Source: Chlorokybus atmophyticus
Taxonomy: Eukaryota > Plantae > Mesostigma and Chlorokybus algae
NCBI GenBank assembly: GCA_009103225.1
Contig: RHPI01002112.1
Location: 156,150 to 220,149 of the forward strand
Length of the DNA stretch: 64,000 bases
Direction of reading: 5' to 3'
The translations under genes were made by a program, and so were the position numbers. This document shows, in pieces, positions 37,900-47,548 of the stretch (positions are counted from its first letter, which is position 1; every line of letters begins with the position of its first letter). Below the pieces are notes generated by a model. That model did no database searches, had not been told where the DNA came from, and worked only from the letters and a program-made list of their open reading frames with translations.

Positions 37900-38825
37900 C
37901 TTATAATTCCATGACACAGGAGGGTAGTCACAACGCATATCCATTGTTTCAAGCATGAGACGCCCTATGCGCTCCGCCATTGCGGGAAGAATGCATTTGC
38001 TATGGTAACGGCCGAGGTTATCCATGACACTGCGAGCACTGTTTGTCATGCAGCAATGCCGCCCCTGGTGCTTGGAAGGCCATAGACCGGGTACATTTGC
38101 TGTGGCGCATTTGATGTCACAATTGTCTTCTTCGCGATAGCGGACAGCTGCGGCGATAGCATTCCAACCGCCTTGCCCGCGTGCGAGTAGCGTGCTGATG
38201 GGGTAGCTACTATTGGCTGTGTCTTAAATAGACGGTATTGGAAGGTTGATAGGCCAAACATCGTGCCACAAAGGGACAGATTGGGTCTGAATGAGGAAGC
38301 TGCTCCTGGCACATTCTCAATCACAAACTTGACCTGGCTTGCAAGCAGCAGATGTCGGATGAGCGGTATCATATCCTGGTGTCTCAAGAATGTGCCATGT
38401 GCCGCCCGTTAAGGTGCCGAAATAGCACCAGAATAGGCCTGACATGGTAAACTGGCCCATATGAGCTCGTACTTGCTCAGCTCTCCTGCACTCAGGGTGC
38501 ATACATTGCGGTGTATGAAGGGCAGCGGGCACTTAGAGGAGGAACTTATGGCCATCCCGTCAAAGCCTGCGCGATGTAGACCGACACTGGCACCGCCACC
38601 GCCGCAGAATAGGTCGAGTGCCCTTGATCTGCGTGTGCGTCCAAGCTTGTTGTCAAATGGCGTGTATGTGGTCAAGGCTGGCCGTGGTGCTGGCCATGGA
38701 CTAACAATAATGCCGTCCGGGCTTACTTTGCGACTGACATTCTCCCCTCCGGCGCGCAGAGCATGGCGTGCCCCGTCTGCTGATGTGTACGCGAATACGT
38801 CGTGCCCTTTGAAGTTGATGGAATA
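37900..38825 (-). pseudogene. DNA (cytosine-5) methyltransferase, Dcm/phage-like type, carried by the transposon
   Basis: Motif I ALDLFCGGGGASVGLHRAGF, motif IV LIWASLPCQAYS, motif VI FVIENVPGA, LCGTMFGL..YRLFK, and C-terminal SW..IANAFFP/MAERIG (motif X-like). In-frame stops at 38409 and 38046. Confidence 0.88.
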
Positions 38826-38912
38826 CTATACGGTGCTGCCTTGCAAAGCCATTTTCCGTTGCACCATGCATATATAATGCGTCCTCAATCTCGCACGCCA
38901 AGAAGCGGTGCT

Positions 38913-39055
38913 GACCTTACGCTTACTTGAATAATTCCACAACGCCCGCATACCATTCCCATCCAGCGGCCAATGCACCATGGCACTCGCACCGATCAGC
39001 TGCTCGCATCCCAAAATAACTGCGTTCCGCAGCCGATGCAATGCGCGGTCCAACG
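38913..39055 (-). CDS. Tudor-like exon spliced in phase to the methyltransferase exon
   Basis: LIGASAMVHWPLDG, then (in the adjacent frame) WYAGVVE, then YSSKRK joined to YSINFKGHD. Resembles the plant MSH6/PDS5-type Tudor pattern V.WP.D..WY.G.V..Y....Y.V.Y. It needs compensating 1-nt shifts. Confidence 0.45.
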
Positions 39056-39266
39056 ATCAATGGTCTGCATCCTCTACAGCAGCCAGGGGGTGAAACTGCT
39101 CACGCCCACACCGTGGACGACTGCTCTGAACGCGACAACAGCTTCAACATGCATGAAATAAGCATACGCCCAACATAACATGCAGTGATACGTCGCTGTC
39201 CACTCTGCCGAATTACCTCCACAGCATCCACCACCTGTCCACTAACCACATGTCCCGGTGTTGTCC

Positions 39267-39803
39267 ATGTAACGGGAAGGTACATTATATAATGACAAAT
39301 CGACGATAAAAGCATCAAGTCTTTTATGGTCGAGTGGGCTGTGACAGTGGTCATCGGAGCTTGAGACCCGGGTTTGATTCCTGCCTTGCACACGAATTCC
39401 GCGATCGTTGTTTCTCGATCCAATATCATCGTAAATGGTCACTTTATAAGTGCCATCATCGCTGCGTCGCGACTTGCCTAATGGCAGTCGCGCCGAACTG
39501 ACCAGTTCAGTCGGCGCGGCAGGGCGCGACCTGCCTATCGCGGCGACGCGACCTGTGGGGCCGGCAGCGGCGCGCTATGCGCGCGCTGACCGGTATTGGC
39601 TTAAATTAGCCGATCCTTGGGTGGTGGGGCCGGTGATCGACCCTAAATCAGACCCCCGAGATGATTCCCCAGCTGATGGGCGCCAGCTGCCGAGGACGTC
39701 AGCGTTCTTAAGTGGGGGGGGATGTAACGGGAAGGTACATCATATAACCACAAATCAACCATAAAAGCACCAAGTCTTTTGTGGTCGAGTGGGCTGTGAC
39801 AGT
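39267..39803. repeat. 82-bp direct repeat (39267-39348 and 39722-39803) flanking a 373-bp GC-rich, hairpin-rich insert
   Basis: ATGTAACGGGAAGGTACAT.ATATAA..ACAAATC.AC.ATAAAAGCA.CAAGTCTTTT.TGGTCGAGTGGGCTGTGACAGT occurs twice. Confidence 0.88.
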
Positions 39804-39959
39804 CCATGTGAAGAAGCGCATGGGTTCCCCTCGCTACTCGAAGCATGAGCGCGAGCACGATTCGCACATGCACTGCACGCAATGGAAAAACTCAGGTTCC
39901 TTGCACAGCACTTTGCCGAGGCGGCAGCCAAACACATCGACATTGTGTGTGGTGCGATG

Positions 39960-40546
39960 TCAGCAAGCAGCACTAAAACCGTGGCACATGGTGTGCACTC
40001 GCTGGCATTTAATCAAGTGTGCTCGCATTTGCTGCCTACGGCCATTGGCACATACGTACGCATTGCATTGTGGGCACACCAAGCATTGTCTCCTAGGTGA
40101 GGGGGATTCAACTGCTGCCGCCGACATCATGCAAAATATGAATCGGCACGGCTGCCCACAAACTGAGTAGGTCTTTTGGGTAAAGGCATCAATCTTGGGT
40201 TGCCAGCTTATGAACCCTAAATGAGTCACACTTTAAAAAGCACCACTGTACCATGGACGATATTACAATACCATGCATGGTACTACATCAACATGAATGG
40301 TACTCCATCCATTAATGTTCCTACAGTACAAGGATATTTGCATACTACTACGCTCGTAGAGTAATACAGTACTGTCACTCCATGGAACCCAGAGCGCTGT
40401 CCGAGGTTGTTGCTGTCAACCACGCTCTGAACCTGCAAGGTATGCAAGCTATGCATTGACTCATGCGCCGGGCAGTCATCATACACATGTACAGCCAATG
40501 CTTCCAACAACAGCAGATCTTGGGTGTACCATGCACCATGGTGCAA
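39960..40546 (-). pseudogene. Decayed cargo exons including a zinc-finger-like segment, possibly the N-terminus of the methyltransferase gene
   Basis: QCLVCPQCNAYVCANGRRQQMRAHLIKC at ~39990-40090; DLLLLEALAVHVYDDCPAHE..VQSVVDSNNLGQRSGFHG at ~40380-40520. Confidence 0.4.
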
Positions 40547-40611
40547 CTATAAATGTACCTACATGGTTTACAGGTGTTCAACACAAACCTACAATACATG
40601 CACAATTATCA

Positions 40612-43600
40612 TCAAGCTGGGGTCCAAATCACTGCCGACACATTGGCGTCTTGCAGCAGGCGTGGCGACCAAACCGGGTGAGGTTGCTTGCACATGGGAC
40701 ACGCTTGTAGCTCCTTTAATTTATTTGCCACGTGCTTCTGCTGGTATGTGATGCAGACATAGCACATTCCTTTCTTGCAACAGGGCGTCTCCCCATCCGC
40801 TGGGGGGGNNNNGAACTCTTCACTACGACAATTCAGCACGCGGGTGTGCAAGCTGCCTCTGCGACCAAACTATGTTATCGCGTTGCAGACGCAGCGACTC
40901 CCATTTGAATGGCGCAGCATAACGCTCCATTGCCTGCTCGATTACCCAACGCCCATCTGCTGCCATACACCACCCGCTGGTCTTGGTGGTTTCGTCCAGC
41001 AAGCGTTCATCCAGGCCCTCGACATGGCTGTCACTCCTTGTGTAATCGCCCGCATCGCCATCTTCTTCAAGCTTTCACAAAATCAGCTCGACGTGCCGTA
41101 TGACATACAACCACTGCCAGCCAAAGCATGCCAAGTACAGCTCGAATGGTTTTACTTGCCACCCAGTATGTTTGCTCAGGTAGTGGCACACATCTCGACC
41201 CGCATCAGTCGACATCAGCAAGTACCTCTGTTGCAGCAGGTCGAAGTTCTGCTTTGCGGATAGCTCTTGCACATTGCCGGGTTGCTGCGGCAGCAACAAC
41301 ACCATCATATCGAGGATGGCGAGGGGCAACGATGTACTAGGGATGGCCATGTTGTGTTTGGGTTCCAACCATGGCCAATCCTCGAGGTCTGCTTATACCG
41401 CACTCTCTGCGTTTGCTCCCACTTATTGCATACTTTCGTCACCCACGTAGAGGCATGCCGCATGCGGTGATGCAGCGCGTCTTGGGCATATTGTAGGGCG
41501 ATCAACTCCTTTGCACTGTGAGTCAGCCCCTCAAAGCGTCTGCGCATCGGTGCTTTGAGCTTAGGCAGCTCGTGCCGCACCAGTTGTCTCTCTGGACAAT
41601 GCTGAGCAGCCACATGACGCTGTAAACCCGCTTGTGCCTACTCAAGTACACAGTCAGCCCCAGTAAAGCTTTAAGGCGCTGTGCTATATTTAACTACATT
41701 GTAACGATGCCTCACCTTTGCTTTTTTAGTCCTGTCAGCGTCCCTTGTTCCAACAACCTTCTTTTTTTTTTTTTCTGGGTCAACCTGCACATTTTGGCAG
41801 GCGCTCTCCGTGGCACTGTCACTTAGAGGAGGTAAAGCGTTATCTTCTTGCTCCACGGCCTCGCACTTGTTGGTTGCCTCCCGTTCCTCCACGACCTCAT
41901 GTTGCTTCATGAGGTCGAGCATGAAGCCTTTATCTTTCAGCGCAGCTTTTATGACACCTCGATTAATCTCTTTACCAACAAGACAGGCTGAGATCAATGT
42001 GGCAAGCTTAGAGGGAGAGGGCGAGCTACCGCTGCTTTTTGATGCAGATGCCTCTGGATGGTCAGAGTGCGGTGGCAGTGAGTCTCCGCAGCAGAAAGGG
42101 AGGTTGCTGAATTGTTATTGCGAGCATGTGGCTGTGGTTGAGGGGAGGCAAGATGTGCAGAACAGTCGGCTACTTCTTGCCTAGCACGCAAAAGCAAGGC
42201 ATGAGGCGTTGGTGCAGCACCCAGACTCGCAGCCGGTGGTAGCGGGGCATTGGCAACGCCATTCCACCACTCTCTGATCAAGTCTGTTACCTCCGGTGGC
42301 ACTTTATGCATAGGCCACGACCGTTGTTCGGTGCTTGCAGGCTTAAGGAGCCAGCAGTGTGCTTTTGGCTCATTACGAGCAGTGTTGCCCAACACCTGGA
42401 TTGAGTTGGGGGCTTCCTTATTTGCAACCCAAACTGCACTGCGGGCCGTGGCACCCGCTCCCCATGCTCGCGCTGAACGATCACGTAGCCAATCAACAAG
42501 CCCAGCTTGTTGGCAAACATGGCCATCTGCAGGTGCTCCACGTATACGTCTTTTCTCCGCACGATCTGTCGCACCTTAGCCATGGCTATGTTAATGTTGC
42601 AATTGACATCAGCCAACATGGTCCCAGGCAGTTTGTCGTAATACTGCGCCATCTGTCCCGCGGCACTAGTGGCTCTGCAGAAGTCTAGGATTCTGCTCGC
42701 CACACCTGCATCGACAGCCTTAGCGGTGATTTTGCGGAGAGTGTCCCCCCTGCCGTCGTCGTCCATGGTATCCAGCATGGCCCAAAATCTGCTCGAGCTG
42801 GGGCACTTGTGGTCATCCAAGACACTTTGCGCGATGAATGGCCTGGCGCAAAACACAGAATGTTAGAAGCAGTTACCAGCCGTTGGCGCATTGAAGTGGT
42901 CCCATGAGGTGAGCTGGCCACCTACCATGACTGATGGCCGTATGCGGGTTGCGGCCAGCTCCTCAAATGACTCGCTGGCAGATGGTGACCCCTGCTGCAT
43001 GCGCATACAGCACTCAAATGGTGTGTCTAACTGTCGACGGCAAGAGTCACAGGAACTGATAAAGTACCTTAGCTTGGGGCAGATTGCCGGCTTCAACTTG
43101 CAGCGGGTGGGGTCAAGTAGGTGCAGAAGCCACATCGGTTGTTGCATTATGCTGTGGTCTCACCGGTTGCGGCAAGAAGGATTGTTGCCCCACAATTGCT
43201 GCTCGTGAAGGCGACAGCAGTGCATGAAGGACTGGTGCCGCGGAAGGTGGTTGCGCTCTGGTTGCGAGGGGAGCAGGTGCGGCAGGTGAGACCACTTGTG
43301 CATGCAGCAAGGGGGGCTGTATATAGGACCCAGGTTAAAATGGCTCGCAATGTTGCAAAGGATGAATATAAGCTTATGTAGTGCCTGACGCATTGTTACC
43401 AAGGCACAAGCATAAAAGACAGCGACTTACCTCAATGGCCCGTGGGCTGCATGAAGCAGGGGAAGCCATGGGGGCTGCCAAGGTGGTATTGGGTGCACTC
43501 TCCCCGCCACCCTCAATTGCAGACTCGCCACGGAACTCGTGCGCCATGGGCACAGGATGCGCCACTGCCCCAATGAACATGTCGCAATTCAACAGGCCAA

Positions 43601-44540
43601 CATGCATGTTAAACTGATGCCGCATTGCCGCCGCGCCCATCAGCAAGTGATTGAAGGACCAGTTGATGGGATTGAATCTAAGCTTGCATAAGAGCTTGAA
43701 CAGGACCTAGTGCACTGTGGTGCTGTCAACCAATCACATGTGGGTTAGCTGCATGCTTGCGACACTGCAATTGCAATAGTCAAATGCGTCACACCGTTAT
43801 CAGTTGGTTGCTTCGAACATTCACCTGCGGCATTGCTGGTTGATGCACTGCTGGCTAAATGCCGGACGATTGGCCACGCGCTCATGTGCTCACCCAGCCT
43901 ACTTCATTCGGCACGCGCGCGCGACTTTGCACGCTCAGGCACATCCTAGCATGCAAAGGTAGGCATGCATTGGAGGTGCATGCAGTCAACATGCACAACG
44001 AGACTGGCAACAACATACCGCCCTGCTCTGTGTATCTACTCTGGCTTCCCCAATGTTGGCTTGACTGTGGGGTGGGTATGGGTGAATAGTGGAGGCCTGC
44101 AGCCACGCTACAAATATCACATGGACTGCGCCCGGAAAAAATAAATCTCTTGCAAGGAAATGCATGTAATTGTTGAGCGTAACTATGCATTCCTTTGTAC
44201 TTGTTCCCACAATCGCAATTGGTCCCGCATGATTATGACAAGGGGCTCCAAGGATTGCAGCTCCTGTCATCCACTCCTTGTTGCAGAAAGCGAGCCACCA
44301 AGCAGCTCTCTATGTGAAGATGGTCCTTAATGGCTTGCCTGCTAGTTTGTCCAATGTTGGTGATGCATGTTGGACAGCTCCATTGCTAACGCCTGCCATG
44401 ATCCATGACGTGGCGCCCGGTATTAGCTTGCTTCGCTGCTTGAACTTTTACAATCACAACTTCTCGCAAGATGTGCCACGCAGCCGCCTCCTCCTCCTAC
44501 TCCTGGTCCTCCGCCTCCTAGTCGAACCCAGGTCCACTAT
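40612..44540 (-). pseudogene. Large multidomain cargo gene: zinc finger, Ulp1-like (C48) protease, OTU-like protease, RING finger; decayed
   Basis: WSCPTCITNIGQTSRQAIKDHLHIESC (~44290-44385). Ulp1-like NPINWSFNHLL..VGLLNCDMF, IFILCNIASHF and PQHNATT-(D)CGFCTYL, the last with a 1-nt shift (~43113-43690). OTU-like APTAGNCF*HSV and YVEHLQMAMFANKLGLLIGYVIV..LLVMSQKH (~42350-42890). RING TPCCKKGMCYVCI..ACPMCKQP (~40680-40800). Confidence 0.55.
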
Positions 44541-44990
44541 GCCTGACAATTGAGCCGTCATCGACCTGATGCCCCTGCGTGCCATCATCCGGCCATCGAT
44601 GAAGCTGTTTGGGTGAGTGCACGCTAACTCCCATTAGGGCTGGTCGAGCAATGCCTTTGTCGTACCATGGATGGTACGACAAAGCTATAGTACGCCAATG
44701 GCTGGGTTGGACGAGAGATGCCTCTGTCGTACCATTAATGTTACGCCCAAGCCATTGTTACCCTTGGTTGTACAAAGCATGGATGGTACAAATGCATAAG
44801 TCGTACCATTAACCATATGAGACGGACGCACTACAAGTGCGAATCTAGTGCGGGACACTAGACGTTCAAAACCGCCTCATTTTCATTTTCGCGCCTCGTA
44901 CATTTGGGCGGGCCACCTGGCGGCGGCAGCGTTGGATGCGGCAGCGCCACCATCAGCTAAGCAAGTGGCACCCGACAATCAGTTAGAGAG

Positions 44991-46833
44991 ATGCCTCGTA
45001 GTCCATCTGCAGGTGCACCTCGTCGTGGAGGTCGGCGCCATCAGTCCACATTGCCCCTAGTGTTCAACCAGGCAACCGTCGCCAACCAGCAGCAGCCACT
45101 CTTGGCCAACCAATCGCAGCACGACCCCGTGCTAATGCCCAGCCCATCACAACAACTCCACCTGACACCGCAGTGGCAAGGGCAAGCTAGAATGCATGCG
45201 TTCTTGATGCAATGTGCACGTCGCTTCTTGCTCAACTTCAAACTTTAATGCTTGCTTCTTTCATGACTAGCACAGTGACTCACTGCATGCCGTCTGGATA
45301 AACTATGCACGTTGTTCTCCTTGCTCAACCGTAAGGATTGCATCTTTCATGGCTGGCAGCATGAGTCGCGTGGTTATGCTTGCAGAGGGTTGATAGGAAC
45401 CCCCAACCCAAACGCATTTGGCCGTGACGTAGCAACCTCGGCGGTAAGCAACCCTTCCCCAAGCAAGTGAAGGATTGGCAACGAGGTAAGCACCGTGTAA
45501 CACTGTGACACTGTGTGTAACGGATTGTTCTTCTGTTGACAGCATTTGCAAGATGCCGTCGTCGAAATCATAAACGGCCACTGGGTAGAGAGCCACGTTT
45601 ATCCCAAGGAGGACACTATTGGTAACGTCATGTGTCAGGTGCTGTGAATGCTTCATAACCTCACCGCACCGTGACACTGACCAACCTGCCCGTGACATGT
45701 AGTTGGCTTCGACCATGACGACGAGGCCAATGCGGTCAACTTTCGTGAGGTGTATTGGACGGCGAAGGAGTGCCCCACTGGAGTGTCGCCTTGAAGAAAG
45801 CTATGCAGGTTCGGTCAAAGAATGTCACCAAGATTAAGCATGTCTTTGAGAAGGAGTACAAGTGGACACTGTTTAACAGCAACAAGTGCAAGTGAGTTGG
45901 GTCCCTCACCACCATGTCAACTATGCAACACTGCCTTCTTACTCAGCCTCCATACACACGTACGCATCTCGTCTGTTGTAATCGATTCAATCAGGCACAT
46001 CGACGCCCTAATGGACCCTGAAGCTCAAAAAGCTCAGATGCGCAACGCGCTCCAAAGTAAGTCACAGGCACTATTATAGCCTAGTGCAGGTCTAAACTTG
46101 AACTACCCATATCGTGATTAATGCCTTGTTGGTACGACTATCGCAGACAAGTCATGTCGGAAATTTGAGGTGACCGACAATGCAGACCTGGAGCGGAGGA
46201 GATATATTTATGATGGGGGCAATCCCATAATCTGGCAAATGATCGTGCAATGCTGGTCTTACGCCGTCACTACACCTGGTCGTCGGCAGCTGACAGTCAA
46301 CCACCTCACATACCTGTTGCTTACGGTGAGCACTCTGAACTCAATCACTAGCAATTCCGGAAAGCTGCAGCCCCACTACAGGCTTGCAGACGCGCTGCAG
46401 TGAATAGTGGCTTTCAATGCCACTAAGACATGCCCTGTAAACTACGCAGGTGGAGCGCATCCGTAAGGGCAAGGATGGAGACCCCCTCCTAGCTGCCAGC
46501 ATCGACACACATGATGAGTACCTCAGCGAAATCAACACCATGATCATGTCAATGAAGCGAGAAATGAGGCAACGGTACGCAGCCCTCCAGCCATTCACCC
46601 TTGTGAAACGCCGCACTACATCTTGTGTTGAATACCTGAAAGATCCTAATCGGCGCCGGCCAGAAGAGACGTCTGCTCGTGACCCGCTCGCTGAGGCAGA
46701 AGCGGCATTCGATTGGCTGGCGCAAACGTTTGAGGAGGAGGAAGAGCAAGCTCCGGTGCCTCCTCTACAGGCCCCAGCGCGTGATGCTTTATTCCATAAT
46801 GACGAGCAAAGCGTGGATGGAAAGGAGCTGTAG
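44991..46833 (+). pseudogene. Orphan spliced cargo gene near the right end of the transposon (possible TnpA-like accessory protein)
   Basis: Exons with splice borders: MPRSPSAGAPRRGG.., HLQDAVVEIINGHWVESHVYPKEDTIGNVMCQ, HIDALMDPEAQKAQMRNALQ, DKSCRKFEVTDNADLERRRYIYDGGNPIIWQMIVQCW, VERIRKGKDGD..DGKEL*. Some stops and shifts; no family recognised. Confidence 0.45.
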
Positions 46834-47298
46834 CGCAGTTAGTAGTTGAGCTGGTAGTGTACACAGCTGCAAGGCTCTTGTGACTTGGTGTTGTGCATCT
46901 AAAACCAGCTCAGTCAATTGTTATTATGCTCATGCCAAAACTTGCATCCTTATGATATACAACAGAACTGCAGGCATTTGAGTCACATAATCGAATCACA
47001 AGCGTTGGCAAGTGACTGATTGACACTGTACACATTTTAGGTACCTGTACAGCACAGGCACATAACAATGCTGGCAGTCAGTTACAGTCGCGTGTAGTCA
47101 TGCTATGCAAAAACATATGACGACAGTTAGGCATCACTCACCTTCAATTGCTTAAAGGATGCCTTAATTTATTGATAATTACCTAGTTGGTGCTTGTGAA
47201 TTAGGCGCAGTCGCTTGAGCTGGACTGGCGTGTAACCTGCAGATGCCTGTTACATAAGTTGACTCACCACACAAGTAAGAGTGATGTGTAATTTGCAA

Positions 47299-47470
47299 GT
47301 GCCTGCTAATTAGGTGTGGTCACCTGTTAATGGCTGATGTATAACTTACAGGTGCCCGTTAATTAGTTGTAGTCACCTGTCAAGGCCTGATAAGCAACTA
47401 CAGGCTGTCCGGTGCCTGCTAATTAATTACATAGTCACCTGTTAAGGCCTGATAAGCAACTACAGGTGCC
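47299..47470 (+). repeat. Three ~55-60 bp subterminal tandem repeats inside the right end of the transposon
   Basis: Unit GTGCCTGCTAATTA..GTCACCTGTTAAGGCCTGATAAGCAACTACAG, repeated three times with variation. Confidence 0.85.
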
Positions 47471-47548
47471 TGTCTAAATAAGTATCTTTAGGTGCACGGC
47501 CGTCGCCAATAGTTAGTCGGCCGGCAAGAGAAACATTTTGCGACGAAA

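Larger units (their letters stand above)
32304..47545 (+). mobile_element. ~15.2 kb Plavaka-like (CACTA-related) DNA transposon with cargo genes, inserted in the intron after exon 2 of the pseudouridine synthase pseudogene
   Basis: Left end CGTCACAAATT (32304; alternative CGTCGCAAAT at 32253) and right end ATTTTGCGACG (47545) form a short TIR. Host intron sequence homologous to the intact gene resumes at ~47549. Both ends match the ends of the 51185-52813 insertion. It encodes a Plavaka-like transposase. Confidence 0.8.

Noticed and set aside
47299-47470. CRISPR-like array
   Set aside because: Units are contiguous degenerate tandem repeats without unique spacers, in a eukaryotic transposon end, with no cas genes.
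32304-47545. Endogenous giant virus, Polinton or Helitron as the identity of the large insert
   Set aside because: No capsid, polB, packaging ATPase or Rep/helicase motifs seen; TIRs and a DDE-type transposase fit a cut-and-paste element.
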